From positions 97,934-161,933 of the forward strand of contig QCEQ01000001.1 in NCBI GenBank assembly GCA_003278525.1: DNA of 64,000 nt. The letters are read 5' to 3'. Source of the stretch: Prochlorococcus sp. AG-355-P16 (GTDB taxonomy: Bacteria > Cyanobacteriota > Cyanobacteriia > PCC-6307 > Cyanobiaceae). The notes below the pieces were generated by a model. That model was not told where the DNA came from, made no database searches, and saw only the letters and a program-made list of their open reading frames with translations. Below, piece by piece: positions 29,672 through 40,286 of this stretch; the stretch's first letter is position 1, and each line of letters starts with the position of its first letter. Both the position numbers and the translations under genes were made by a program.

Positions 29672-31291
29672 ATGAATTTTAATTTGAAGTTCGAAAAATT
29701 TAATAAAAAGATTTGCCAAAGTAGGCATTATGAGAAAATCTTAACTGTAAGACTGCCATGTAATCCAATCTTTCCAATAGGACCTATTTATCTAGCAGAC
29801 CATATTCATAAATGTTTTCCAGGTATAGAACAGCAATTCATTGATCTAGCGATAATTCCATCTAAGAAAGTTTCCAAATATCTAGCTAGAAAAATTGATC
29901 AATTTAGACCTCATTTAATCATTTTTTCATGGAGAGATATACAAATTTATGCGCCTGTTGATGGTAGAAGTGGAAATCCACTACAAAACTCTTTTGAAGT
30001 TTTCTACTCAAAAAATATCCTTAAAAAAATTAGAGGTTCCTGGGGAGGATTAAAATTAATTGCATCTCATTATGGAGAAATATATAGAAATACTTCTTTA
30101 GTCAAGATGGGACTAAAAAGAGCACAAAAATACAACAAAAATTTAAAGGTAATTTTAGGAGGTGGGGCTGTTAGCGTCTTCTATGAACAATTAGGGAATC
30201 TACTCCCAAAAGGAACTGTTATTTCAGTTGGAGAGGGAGAAAATCTTATAGAAAAAATTATTAAAGGTGATTCAATAGAGAAAGAAAGATGTTACATTGC
30301 TGGACAAAAACCTAGGAACAAATTAATCCATGAACAACCTTCAGGAACTGTCAAAACTGCCTGCAACTACAAATATATAAAATCAATATGGCCTGAATTT
30401 AATTGGTATATAGAAGGTGGAGATTACTACGTAGGGGTGCAAACAAAAAGAGGTTGCCCTCATAATTGTTGTTTCTGTGTTTATACAGTTGTAGAGGGGA
30501 AACAGGTACGCGTTAATCCTGTTAACGAAGTTATCAAAGAAATGAAGCAATTATATGATCTTGGAGTTAGGGGATTTTGGTTCACAGATGCACAGTTTAT
30601 TCCTGCCAAAAAACATATTGAAGATGCAAAAATACTGTTACAAGCAATAAAGGATCAAGGTTGGAACGATATTAATTGGGCTGCATACATCAGAGCAGAT
30701 AATATTGATGCTGAACTAGCTCAGCTTATGGTTGATACAGGTATGAGCTATTTTGAAATAGGAATAACGTCAGGATCTCAAGAACTTGTTAGAAAAATGA
30801 GATTAGCCTATGACTTGAAAACTGTATTAAATAATTGCAGAATTCTAGTCAAATCAGGATTCAAGAATCATGTTTCAGTCAATTATTCATTTAATGTTTT
30901 TGATGAAACGCCCAGCACCATAAGACAAACAATTGCTTACCATAGAGAATTAGAAAAAATTTTTGGTAAAGGCTTAGTTGATCCAGCTATTTTCTTTATA
31001 GGTTTACAACCTCATACTCTTCTTGAGAAATACGCTTTGGAAAATAAAATTTTGAAGCCAAATTATAATCCAATGAGCATGATGCCCTGGACAGCGAGAA
31101 AACTCCTTTGGAATCCAGGTTCACTAGGGGAAAAACTTGGTCAGGTTTGCTTAGAAGCTTTTGATAATCCAGAGGATGAATTTGGCAAAACAGTAATAGA
31201 CATTCTTGAGAGAGAATATGGAAGGTCCCCATTAAAAGAATCTTTAAAAGTCCGTCCCTTATCAGAAAGAAAATTAGCTCATTCTAAATAA
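29672..31291 (+). CDS. B12-binding radical SAM protein (PSII high-light acclimation radical SAM family)
   Basis: RLPCNPIFPIG, LGGGAVS and KRGCPHNCCFC (CxxxCxxC). Confidence 0.85.
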   Translation: MNFNLKFEKFNKKICQSRHYEKILTVRLPCNPIFPIGPIYLADHIHKCFPGIEQQFIDLAIIPSKKVSKYLARKIDQFRPHLIIFSWRDIQIYAPVDGRSGNPLQNSFEVFYSKNILKKIRGSWGGLKLIASHYGEIYRNTSLVKMGLKRAQKYNKNLKVILGGGAVSVFYEQLGNLLPKGTVISVGEGENLIEKIIKGDSIEKERCYIAGQKPRNKLIHEQPSGTVKTACNYKYIKSIWPEFNWYIEGGDYYVGVQTKRGCPHNCCFCVYTVVEGKQVRVNPVNEVIKEMKQLYDLGVRGFWFTDAQFIPAKKHIEDAKILLQAIKDQGWNDINWAAYIRADNIDAELAQLMVDTGMSYFEIGITSGSQELVRKMRLAYDLKTVLNNCRILVKSGFKNHVSVNYSFNVFDETPSTIRQTIAYHRELEKIFGKGLVDPAIFFIGLQPHTLLEKYALENKILKPNYNPMSMMPWTARKLLWNPGSLGEKLGQVCLEAFDNPEDEFGKTVIDILEREYGRSPLKESLKVRPLSERKLAHSK

Positions 31292-31306
31292 TAAATGAAA
31301 TCTTTA

Positions 31307-31624
31307 TTAATCCTCTTTCTCAATTGAACTTGAAATTCCTTTAGATTTTAATGATTCTGAATAGAATTCTGCTGGCTCTAAATCACAAACAATTACCAAC
31401 CCTACACCCGTATTGTGTGCCTCAAGCATTATGGAAATAGCATCTTGTTCGCTTAATTGCGGCACAACTTCTCGTAATGAAATAGTGACATACTCCATAG
31501 AATTGACTGGGTCATTATGAAGTAAAACCTTATATTTAGGAGATTTATTTTTTAATTCAGCAGATTTCTTTTCAAGCACTGCTGAATTATTACTTGCACT
31601 TTGTTCTAACTTTATAGATAGCAT
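31307..31624 (-). CDS. clpS: Clp protease adaptor ClpS
   Basis: YKVLLHNDPVNSMEYV and MLEAHNTG. Confidence 0.93.
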   Translation of the reverse strand: MLSIKLEQSASNNSAVLEKKSAELKNKSPKYKVLLHNDPVNSMEYVTISLREVVPQLSEQDAISIMLEAHNTGVGLVIVCDLEPAEFYSESLKSKGISSSIEKED

Positions 31625-31655
31625 TAAACTTTTAGAATATATGTAGTACTAATAA

Positions 31656-32882
31656 TTATATATTAATTATTCTTTCCATTGCATCATTTACGTTTGATCG
31701 TGAGTTAAATGCTGACAAACGAAAATAACCTTCTCCTGATAATCCAAATCCGCTTCCAGGTGTTCCTACCACGCTAACTTTTTGGAGAAGGAAATCAAAA
31801 AAGTCCCAAGATGTCATTTGATCAGGAACTTTAATCCAGATATAAGGAGCATTGTCCCCACCAAAAACTTTATATCCTGCATTCTGAAGTTTATTTTTCA
31901 TGATTTTTGCATTTTGCATATAAAAATCTATTAATCCTCTCACCTGTTTCTTCCCATCTAGAGAATAAACAGCCTCTGCGCCTCTCTGAACTACATAACT
32001 TACTCCATTAAACTTTGTAGATTGTCGTCTATTCCAAAGAGGCCACAAGTCTATTTCCTCATTTGATGAGCTAAAACCTTTGAGATTTTTAGGTATTACT
32101 GTAAAAGCACATCTGACTCCAGTGAATCCTGCATTCTTTGAAAAAGATCTAAATTCAATAGCACAATCCTTTGCTCCCTCAATCTCATATATTGAATGTG
32201 GAATATCTTTATCTTGAATAAATGCTTCATAAGCTGCGTCAAAAAGTATAAGAGATTTGTTTTGAATCGCATAGTCAACCCACTTTTTCAATTCTTTTTT
32301 ATTAATTGTTGCTCCAGTCGGATTATTAGGAAAACAAAGATATAAAATATCAACTTTTTTTTCTGGTAGTTCTGGCAGAAAGTTATTCCCCTCATTTATT
32401 GGAAGATATGTTAATCCTTGATAAGTACCATTCTCAAGAACATCTCCAGTTCTTCCCGTCATTACGTTACTATCTACATAAACAGGGTAAACAGGATCTG
32501 TTACAGCAATTGAATTATCTTTGCCAAGAATATCTAAAATATTGCTACTATCACATTTAGAACCATCTGAAACAAAGATCTCTTCAGATGAAATTTGACA
32601 GCCTCTCGAAATAAAATCATGCTCAGATATTTTTTCTCTGAGCCAAGAATAACCTTGTTCAGGGCCATAACCTCTAAAACCATCTTTAGTTCCCATGTCA
32701 TCTAAAGCTTTACCCATCGCTTTTATGCATGCTCTAGGTAATGGTTCCGTGACATCTCCTATGCCAAGCTTAATTATTTCAGCACTGTTATTTAATTGAG
32801 AATATATTTTTACCCTTTTAGCAATTTCAGGAAATAAATATCCTGCTTTGAGTTTTAAATAATTTTCGTTTACTTTAACCAC
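31656..32882 (-). CDS. dapL: LL-diaminopimelate aminotransferase
   Basis: GYLFPEI, LGIGDVT, GYGPEQG, PNNPTG and [12 protein letters not shown]. Confidence 0.95.
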   Translation of the reverse strand: MVKVNENYLKLKAGYLFPEIAKRVKIYSQLNNSAEIIKLGIGDVTEPLPRACIKAMGKALDDMGTKDGFRGYGPEQGYSWLREKISEHDFISRGCQISSEEIFVSDGSKCDSSNILDILGKDNSIAVTDPVYPVYVDSNVMTGRTGDVLENGTYQGLTYLPINEGNNFLPELPEKKVDILYLCFPNNPTGATINKKELKKWVDYAIQNKSLILFDAAYEAFIQDKDIPHSIYEIEGAKDCAIEFRSFSKNAGFTGVRCAFTVIPKNLKGFSSSNEEIDLWPLWNRRQSTKFNGVSYVVQRGAEAVYSLDGKKQVRGLIDFYMQNAKIMKNKLQNAGYKVFGGDNAPYIWIKVPDQMTSWDFFDFLLQKVSVVGTPGSGFGLSGEGYFRLSAFNSRSNVNDAMERIINI

Positions 32883-33175
32883 TTTAGATAAAAAATTTCA
32901 CCTATTTAAGAATAATGTATCAACGTGCTTTAGTGGTGATTAGATGTTAATATTATTTTAGTTATGGTTAATTTAAGAGATAATCATAGCTATGAATTCA
33001 ATTTCAATTAGTTTGAAAATCGTTTAAAGCTTTATAAATAGCAGAATTCAATCACTATTAACTTTATTAATTTTAAAAATTAAATACCAATAGCTATAAA
33101 ATTGCTTTATCAAGAGATAAATTAACTCTTTAATTTAGATGATTTTCAAAATCCAAATCATTCAGAATCAATTAT

Positions 33176-34996
33176 ATGTCTCAGCAAATTATCATCGCTG
33201 AGCAGGCTCGAATTGCAGCACTACTCACAGATGATCGAGTTGATGAATTAATCGTCGCACAAGGTCAATATCAAATTGGCGATATCTTTTTAGGAACAGT
33301 TGAGAATGTTCTCCCTGGCATTGATGCCGCTTTCATAAATATTGGTGAAAGTGAGAAAAATGGATTCATCCATGTTTCAGATTTAGGTCCACTTCGACTT
33401 AAAAAAGGTACATTTGGAATAACTGAATTATTAGAACCAAAACAAAAAGTTCTAGTACAGGTAATAAAGGAGCCTACAGGATCTAAAGGACCTAGATTAA
33501 CAGGAAGTATTTCAATTCCAGGAAAGTACTTGATATTACAGCCATATGGCCAAGGAGTAAATATTTCAAGAAAAATAAATACAGAAACAGAACGAAGCCG
33601 ATTGAAAGCTCTTGGGGTTTTAATAAAACCACCTAGCACGGGCTTGTTATTTAGAACAGAGGCTGAAAAGATAAAAGAAGAACTTCTAATTGAAGATTTA
33701 GAGCATTTAATTCAACAATGGGAAAATGTACTAAAAGTTTCAGAGGCTTCTAATCCACCAAATTTAGTAAAAAGAGATGATGAGTTTTCTCTTAAGATCT
33801 TAAGAGATCATATTAAAGAATCAACTAAAAGCATAATTATCGATAATAAATTTTCAGTTGCCAGGGCAAAAGATTTTTTAACAAATTATGAATCTGATAT
33901 AGATATTGAATTTCACGATAACAGTTTAAACCAACATATTTTCGAAAAGTATGAAATTAAGAAAACGATCCAAAAAGCTCTCCAGCCTAGAGTAGATCTT
34001 CCTTCGGGGGGGTATGTCATTATTGAACCTACTGAAGCTCTAACAGTAATCGATGTAAACTCTGGATCATTTACAAGATCAGCAAACTCAAGACAAACCG
34101 TTTTGTGGACGAACTGCGAAGCAGCAGTTGAAATTTCAAGACAAATGAAATTGAGAAATATTGGTGGAGTTATAGTAGTAGATTTTATTGATATGGAATC
34201 TAGAAGAGATCAATTTCAGTTACTTGAGCATTTTACCTCAGCAATAAAAGATGATTCTGCTAGGCCTCAAATAGCTCAGCTTACTGAACTAGGCTTAGTG
34301 GAGTTAACCAGAAAAAGACAAGGTCAGAATATTTATGAATTATTCGGTAAAAAATGTTCTACATGTGATGGAACAGGGCATATAGAAAATATATTAAATT
34401 ACGAAATTTCTAACTTAAAAATTAAAAATATTGAAAACAAATCTAATCAATCAAATTATCTAAAATCTTTAGATAAAGATACCTCTCAATCAATTGATGA
34501 TCAAGAAAACATAATTGACAAGAAATTAATTAGCTCCAAAGAAATAAGTAAAGAAAATTCTTCTAATAAAACAGAAAATGATAATGATAATTTGAACCAT
34601 TCAAATTCAAAAGAAAAAAATCTAATAACAGTCGATCTTACTAATGAAGAAAAAATTGTTTTCAGTCAATTAGGTATTAATCCACTTATAAAGTTAGGGA
34701 AGGAATATCTTACTAGTAATAATTTTGTGCGTATAAATGACAGTAATAAGGAAACGGGAAAAACCTTAGATAATAAAAAAACAAAAGCAAAGCAAATAAA
34801 AAAAATTTCAAAATCGGGAGAAGAAAAGATTCAAATAAAAATTGAAGCAAATGTAAATTCTAAAGATAAATCAAACACTAAAAATAGTGAAAATAATGAA
34901 GTTGAATTTTCAGATAAAAAGGATGAAATTGAACTTACAGATGAGCTAAACAGTGCAAGAAAAAAAAGAAGAAGATCTTCAGCAAGCAGTGAATAA
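33176..34996 (+). CDS. rne: Ribonuclease E/G
   Basis: S1 domain, [16 protein letters not shown], Zn-link CSTC, and C-terminal RKKRRRSSA (cyanobacterial PNPase-binding motif). Confidence 0.95.
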   Translation: MSQQIIIAEQARIAALLTDDRVDELIVAQGQYQIGDIFLGTVENVLPGIDAAFINIGESEKNGFIHVSDLGPLRLKKGTFGITELLEPKQKVLVQVIKEPTGSKGPRLTGSISIPGKYLILQPYGQGVNISRKINTETERSRLKALGVLIKPPSTGLLFRTEAEKIKEELLIEDLEHLIQQWENVLKVSEASNPPNLVKRDDEFSLKILRDHIKESTKSIIIDNKFSVARAKDFLTNYESDIDIEFHDNSLNQHIFEKYEIKKTIQKALQPRVDLPSGGYVIIEPTEALTVIDVNSGSFTRSANSRQTVLWTNCEAAVEISRQMKLRNIGGVIVVDFIDMESRRDQFQLLEHFTSAIKDDSARPQIAQLTELGLVELTRKRQGQNIYELFGKKCSTCDGTGHIENILNYEISNLKIKNIENKSNQSNYLKSLDKDTSQSIDDQENIIDKKLISSKEISKENSSNKTENDNDNLNHSNSKEKNLITVDLTNEEKIVFSQLGINPLIKLGKEYLTSNNFVRINDSNKETGKTLDNKKTKAKQIKKISKSGEEKIQIKIEANVNSKDKSNTKNSENNEVEFSDKKDEIELTDELNSARKKRRRSSASSE

Positions 34997-35570
34997 AGTA
35001 CCCGAAGTTGGAGTAGATGAAGTTGGGAAAGGAGCAATTTTTGGTCCAGTTTTTTCAGCAGCTGTAGTATTAACTGAAAAAAATAAATTCATCTTAAAAC
35101 AATTTGGAGTAACAGATAGTAAAAAACTAACTCCCAAAAAAAGAAAATTACTTTTACCAAAAATTTTATTACTATCTTCAGATTATGGGATTGGGCAATC
35201 TTCGGCTAAAGAAATAGATAAGTTAGGTATCAGAGTTGCTACAGAGCTTTCAATGATAAGAGCTTTAAAAAAATTAAAAGAGAAGCCTTCTGAAATAATA
35301 ATTGATGGCCCCTTAATATTAAGACCATGGAACGGAATTCAGAAAAACATTGTGTCTGGAGACTCAAAGTTTATCTCGATAGCTTCAGCAAGCATAGTTG
35401 CCAAAGTATCTCGCGACAATCTAATGGAGAGGTTAGAAAAAAAACACTCAGGATACTTGATATTTAAAAATCAAGGTTATGGTACAAAAGAGCATCTTTC
35501 ATTAATTAAAGAAAAAGGAATAACTAATCTTCATAGGAAAAGTTTTTTAAAAAAATCAAATCTTTTTTAA
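34953..35570 (+). CDS. rnhB: Ribonuclease HII
   Basis: [18 protein letters not shown]...[10 protein letters not shown] and GYGT. Start uncertain (GTG 34953 or GTG 34989). Confidence 0.9.
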   Translation: MQEKKEEDLQQAVNKVPEVGVDEVGKGAIFGPVFSAAVVLTEKNKFILKQFGVTDSKKLTPKKRKLLLPKILLLSSDYGIGQSSAKEIDKLGIRVATELSMIRALKKLKEKPSEIIIDGPLILRPWNGIQKNIVSGDSKFISIASASIVAKVSRDNLMERLEKKHSGYLIFKNQGYGTKEHLSLIKEKGITNLHRKSFLKKSNLF

Positions 35571-36074
35571 TTCACACCAATCTGAAAAATCTTTCACTAG
35601 TTGTTGTTGAACCCTTGACTTTATACCCAACAGAATCCCATTTAATACTGAATGACCAGTAGATTCCAAAATTTTCTTTGGTACAAGCTTTAGTAGAGGA
35701 GGTTGGCTTACAGATACCCCAAGAAGCGCCTCACCTTCTAACCCAATATCAGTTGCTTCCAGATTCGCTTTCAAAATAAGATTAAAATCATCTATCATCC
35801 CTAAACCATCCAATTTACTTTCAAGGGCACTCATTTTTAGAATTCCATCCTTATTCTCTACGGCAATTGAGACTACAGGGTTAATATCTAATTGAAAAAC
35901 CTTAAAACTTGTTACTGTATACTTATATCTACCTACTCCTTCAGGTACTAATTTTTTGGGGTCAAGCATTGCTCCAACAACTCTTTCTTCCTCCAACAGA
36001 TATTTAGAAAGATATTCTTTATTTCGTGTTACAGAAAGCTTTAGTTTTTGTTTAGCATCAAAAGACAATAACAT
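35556..36074 (-). CDS. DUF1997 family protein
   Basis: LSKYL..EERVV and [16 protein letters not shown] motif; usual neighbour of rnhB/pheA in cyanobacteria. Confidence 0.75.
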   Translation of the reverse strand: MLLSFDAKQKLKLSVTRNKEYLSKYLLEEERVVGAMLDPKKLVPEGVGRYKYTVTSFKVFQLDINPVVSIAVENKDGILKMSALESKLDGLGMIDDFNLILKANLEATDIGLEGEALLGVSVSQPPLLKLVPKKILESTGHSVLNGILLGIKSRVQQQLVKDFSDWCELKKI

Positions 36075-36126
36075 TTTCTATATTCCTCCAATGCTTATTT
36101 GATCTCTTTTTTTTTTACGATTAATC

Positions 36127-36972
36127 ATGCGCAAACAAGTTGCATATTTAGGTCCTAAAGGAACATACGCAGAAAAAGCAGCTACTATATTATCAAAGCT
36201 TGCCAATTTTCAGACACCTATATTTGTACCATGTAATGGGTTACATTCGGTCATTAAATCAATAGCGTACAACAATTGTGATGCTGCTGTAGTGCCTATC
36301 GAAAATTCCGTAGAAGGAGGAGTTACGGCCACTCTAGATGCCCTTTGGAAATTTCCTGAAATTTTTATCAATAAAGCAATTGTTTTACCCATAAAACATG
36401 CGTTGATTAGTGATGGAGAACTTTCAAACATTTCAGAAGTATTATCTCATCCTCAAGCATTAGCTCAATGTTCAGAATGGTTATCTGAAAATCTTCCGAA
36501 TGCAATTCCTCTCCCAACTAATTCAACATCAGAAGCTGTCAATATGGTTAAAGGAAGTAAATTCAGAGCTGCTATCGCTTCAAAATCATTAATTCAAATT
36601 GAAGGACTTAAAGAATTAGCCTTTCCTATTAATGATGTACCAGGTAATTGCACTAGATTTGTTTTATTGAGCAAGGAATCAAATTCAAATTTAGCTAATA
36701 TTGCCAGCTTTGCTTTTTCATTAATATCAAATAAACCTGGTGCTTTGCTCAAAGCTATAAATAATATTGCAGATTTTGGATTTAATATGAGTAAAATTGA
36801 ATCAAGACCTTCAAAAAGAGAATTAGGCGAATATATTATTTATATTGATTTAGAAATAAATAGTCAAAATAACATTAAAAGTTTTCTTAAATTAAAAGAA
36901 AAAATAAAGCCACTTTGCAACAATTTTGTAGATTTTGGAAATTATGTTTCTGAAAATGTTGAACTAGATTAA
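36127..36972 (+). CDS. pheA: Prephenate dehydratase
   Basis: YLGPKGT, VPIENSVEG, SHPQALAQC, TRF and KIESRP (ACT domain). Confidence 0.95.
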   Translation: MRKQVAYLGPKGTYAEKAATILSKLANFQTPIFVPCNGLHSVIKSIAYNNCDAAVVPIENSVEGGVTATLDALWKFPEIFINKAIVLPIKHALISDGELSNISEVLSHPQALAQCSEWLSENLPNAIPLPTNSTSEAVNMVKGSKFRAAIASKSLIQIEGLKELAFPINDVPGNCTRFVLLSKESNSNLANIASFAFSLISNKPGALLKAINNIADFGFNMSKIESRPSKRELGEYIIYIDLEINSQNNIKSFLKLKEKIKPLCNNFVDFGNYVSENVELD

Positions 36973-36973
36973 T

Positions 36974-37909
36974 TTATCCTCTACATTTATAGACTCCAAA
37001 CTCCATTAGGCCTTTTCTAAATGCCCAATTCATAAGAAGTATAGTTGGAATCTCTCTAATCGACTTCACTATCGCAAATGGGCCAAGGGACAAAATCGTG
37101 AATGGCCTTCGAATACCTTCAAAAATGGAGTCGTACCATGAAGGATTTGTGTAGGAATTCCAATTTTCAGAAATAACTCTCCCGGAACTATTTGTGTTAT
37201 TTCTAAGAATATTGGCGAATTCATTAATGCTTATAAAATTAGGATGAACCCATTGTTCAAGTAATTGTTTAAGAACTAACTTCTCAAAAAATGATGGGGG
37301 ATGTGTCTTGAGATTTCTTGAGTTCCAATCAGCCATTGCAAAATACCCCCCAGGTCTTAAAGTTCTCAGCATTTCATCTGCAAACCTATTTTTATCATTC
37401 ATGTGTGCACCAGCCTCAACACTCCAAACAGCATCAAATGATCCATCTTCAAATTTCAAATCCAAAGCATCCATAACTTGGAAGTTGCAATTTAGACCAT
37501 GAGGAGTTAATTCTCTTGCTCTTTTAACTTGAGCAGGACTAATTGTAATACCAGTAACATTAAAACCATAATATTCTGCAAGAATCCTAGAACTCCCCCC
37601 TATTCCACAACCTACATCAAGTACTCTTGCACCTTTGGGCAATTTATTTAAACCACTCCATTTGACTAATTCATGAACAAACTGAACTTTAGCCTTTCTA
37701 AAATCAATATTTTTTTTCCCTGAAGGATAAAAACCTAAATGTATATGCTCTCCCCACAATCTTTCAAGTAATTTATCTTGGGTCCAAGCATCATATGCAG
37801 ATGCTACTGTCCCGGATGATATATATTTTCTAGCGTTAATTCCCCAGATTGTAGATAGGACTAAAAAGACAAAAAATAGTAAAAAAAATGAGAACAATAA
37901 CTCAAACAT
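36974..37909 (-). CDS. SAM methyltransferase (tocopherol/plastoquinone MPBQ-MSBQ or gamma-TMT-like)
   Basis: WGEHIHLG, VLDVGCGIGGS and FDAVWSVEAGAH. Confidence 0.8.
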   Translation of the reverse strand: MFELLFSFFLLFFVFLVLSTIWGINARKYISSGTVASAYDAWTQDKLLERLWGEHIHLGFYPSGKKNIDFRKAKVQFVHELVKWSGLNKLPKGARVLDVGCGIGGSSRILAEYYGFNVTGITISPAQVKRARELTPHGLNCNFQVMDALDLKFEDGSFDAVWSVEAGAHMNDKNRFADEMLRTLRPGGYFAMADWNSRNLKTHPPSFFEKLVLKQLLEQWVHPNFISINEFANILRNNTNSSGRVISENWNSYTNPSWYDSIFEGIRRPFTILSLGPFAIVKSIREIPTILLMNWAFRKGLMEFGVYKCRG

Positions 37910-38566
37910 TTAATTTTCTTTTATATCAGGAAAACTCTCTTTTAATACCGTTCTTGCAGCAAGTTGTTTTCTTGTATGATCAAGCATTTCATATTCTCTC
38001 TGCAAACGGGTAAAAGTATTTCTTTCCTCAAGAAGTCTTTGCTGTTCCTCCGCTACACGACCACCCAAATGAGCTCCTATCCAAAATGATAAATCAATAG
38101 GGTTATCAGGTAATTTATCAGGTAAACTTTTCTTTGTATTAGTCAATTTACTTGTTAAGTTAATAACATCACTAAGTGCCTCTTTTACTGAATCTTTTAG
38201 GGAATCTATTTTTTGAAAATCATCAATATTATCATCACCAATCCAACTAACCATTGCGGAACAAAATGGCGTCGAGCGTGTAATTTCTAATACTTGAAAT
38301 CTTTGTTGTCCTAAAGTGATAATGTTACTTCTCCCATCCTCAGCTGTTTGATGTTTTATAATTTGTGCGCAACATCCAACATTAGCCATACTTTTCGTAG
38401 TTGAGTCCCACTTAATAACTCCAAACATAGAATCAGTTTCAAGGACAGATTGGAGCATGATTCTATATCTTGATTCAAATATATGTAAAGGCAATACTTC
38501 TTGAGGAAAAAGGACTACCTCTGGCAAAGGAAATAAAGGTAATTCCCTTACTGAGAGTTCTCCCAT
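37910..38566 (-). CDS. LON peptidase N-terminal (substrate-binding) domain protein
   Basis: LPLFPL..VVLFP...LPLHIFE.RY; no ATPase or protease domain. Confidence 0.88.
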   Translation of the reverse strand: MGELSVRELPLFPLPEVVLFPQEVLPLHIFESRYRIMLQSVLETDSMFGVIKWDSTTKSMANVGCCAQIIKHQTAEDGRSNIITLGQQRFQVLEITRSTPFCSAMVSWIGDDNIDDFQKIDSLKDSVKEALSDVINLTSKLTNTKKSLPDKLPDNPIDLSFWIGAHLGGRVAEEQQRLLEERNTFTRLQREYEMLDHTRKQLAARTVLKESFPDIKEN

Positions 38567-38622
38567 TTAAACCTCATTTCAATGTACTTATTTTAATCGA
38601 TTTAAGCCGGTTTCGGGATTTC

Positions 38623-38943
38623 TTAAAGTTTAACTTCTATATCTACACCACTAGGGAGATCTAGTTTCATCAAAGCATCAATAGTTTTTGCAGAGGGACT
38701 ATAGATATCTATTATTCTTCGATGTGTTCTTGTTTCAAAATGCTCTCTAGAATCTTTGTCAACATGTGGTGATCTTAAGACACAATAAATTTTCCTTTTA
38801 GTAGGCAGAGGAATTGGACCTATTGCTGAGGCAGAAGTAGTATCAGCAGTTTGGATTATTTTGTCGCAAGATAAATCAAGCATTCTTCTATCAAATGCTT
38901 TGAGTCTTATTCTTATTTTTTGTTGTGCAATTGATGCAGTCAT
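38623..38943 (-). CDS. rpsJ: 30S ribosomal protein S10
   Basis: [30 protein letters not shown]. Confidence 0.97.
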   Translation of the reverse strand: MTASIAQQKIRIRLKAFDRRMLDLSCDKIIQTADTTSASAIGPIPLPTKRKIYCVLRSPHVDKDSREHFETRTHRRIIDIYSPSAKTIDALMKLDLPSGVDIEVKL

Positions 38944-38954
38944 AGCTTTAATAA

Positions 38955-39010
38955 CATCTAGTGAGGGTCATTCATTAAAATGACCCTTATCAATATATCT
39001 ATATTAGATG
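38955..39010 (-). other. Predicted RNA stem-loop in the tuf-rpsJ intergenic region
   Basis: Perfect 9-bp inverted repeat AGGGTCATT (38964-38972) / AATGACCCT (38979-38987); outer pairing CATCTA/TAGATG. Confidence 0.55.
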
Positions 39011-39041
39011 ATTGAGGTTAAATTTTTAAAATTCAAATATA

Positions 39042-40241
39042 TTATTTGAGTATTTTAGAAACAACTCCAGCACCGATAGTACGTCCACCTTCACGGATTG
39101 CAAATCGCATACCTTGTTCAATAGCTACTGGACAAATTAATTCTCCAGTCATCTTAATTCTGTCTCCTGGCATAACCATTTCAACATTAGAGCCATCATC
39201 AGAGGTAAATGCAGTTATTTGACCTGTAACATCAGTTGTTCTGATATAGAACTGAGGTCTATATCCTGCAAAGAAAGGTGTATGTCTTCCACCCTCTTCT
39301 TTTTTAAGAACATAAACTTCTCCTTCAAATTGAGTATGAGGTGTGATAGATCCTTTCTTAACAAGAACCATTCCTCTCTCAATATCTTCTTTTTGGACAC
39401 CACGTAAAAGTAGACCAACATTATCGCCAGCCATACCTTCATCAAGAAGTTTTCGGAACATTTCAACTCCAGTAACAGTTGTTACTCTTGTATCTCTTAT
39501 TCCAACTATTTCTACTTCTTCTCCAACCTTAACTTTTCCTCTCTCAATTCTTCCAGTAGCAACAGTTCCTCTACCAGTAATCGAGAATACATCTTCAACT
39601 GCCATCAAGAATGGCTTATCAACTTCTCTTTCTGGTTCAGGAATGTTAGCATCAACAGCTTTCATTAATTCTTCAATTTTTGATTCCCAAGTAGAATCAC
39701 CTTCAAGAGCTTTTAATCCTGAAACTTGAACTATTGGAATGTCATCTCCAGGGAAGTCATAACTATCTAATAGTTCTCTAATTTCCATTTCAACTAGTTC
39801 AATGATTTCTTCATCATCGACCATGTCGCATTTGTTTAGAGCTACTACAAGAGCAGGTACCCCAACTTGTTTAGCTAAAAGAATATGCTCTTTAGTTTGT
39901 GCCATAGGGCCATCGGTAGCTGCACAAACTAGAATAGCTCCGTCCATTTGGGCGGCCCCTGTAATCATGTTTTTCACATAATCAGCATGTCCAGGGCAAT
40001 CGACATGAGCATAATGTCGACCTTCAGTTTCGTATTCTACGTGAGCTGTATTGATAGTAATGCCACGCTCTCTTTCTTCAGGAGCACCATCAATGTCTCC
40101 ATAGTCTTGAGCTTGAGCTTGACCTTTTTTAGCTAATACATTTGTAATAGCAGCAGTAAGTGTTGTTTTTCCATGATCAACATGGCCAATAGTGCCTATG
40201 TTAACGTGTGGTTTGTTCCTTTCGAACTTCTCGCGAGCCAT
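39042..40241 (-). CDS. tuf: Elongation factor Tu
   Basis: [17 protein letters not shown] and [10 protein letters not shown]. Confidence 0.98.
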   Translation of the reverse strand: MAREKFERNKPHVNIGTIGHVDHGKTTLTAAITNVLAKKGQAQAQDYGDIDGAPEERERGITINTAHVEYETEGRHYAHVDCPGHADYVKNMITGAAQMDGAILVCAATDGPMAQTKEHILLAKQVGVPALVVALNKCDMVDDEEIIELVEMEIRELLDSYDFPGDDIPIVQVSGLKALEGDSTWESKIEELMKAVDANIPEPEREVDKPFLMAVEDVFSITGRGTVATGRIERGKVKVGEEVEIVGIRDTRVTTVTGVEMFRKLLDEGMAGDNVGLLLRGVQKEDIERGMVLVKKGSITPHTQFEGEVYVLKKEEGGRHTPFFAGYRPQFYIRTTDVTGQITAFTSDDGSNVEMVMPGDRIKMTGELICPVAIEQGMRFAIREGGRTIGAGVVSKILK

Positions 40242-40286
40242 TTTGAATTAAAGAATCGAGGGTTTAATAGTGTTTTAGTTTAGAGA

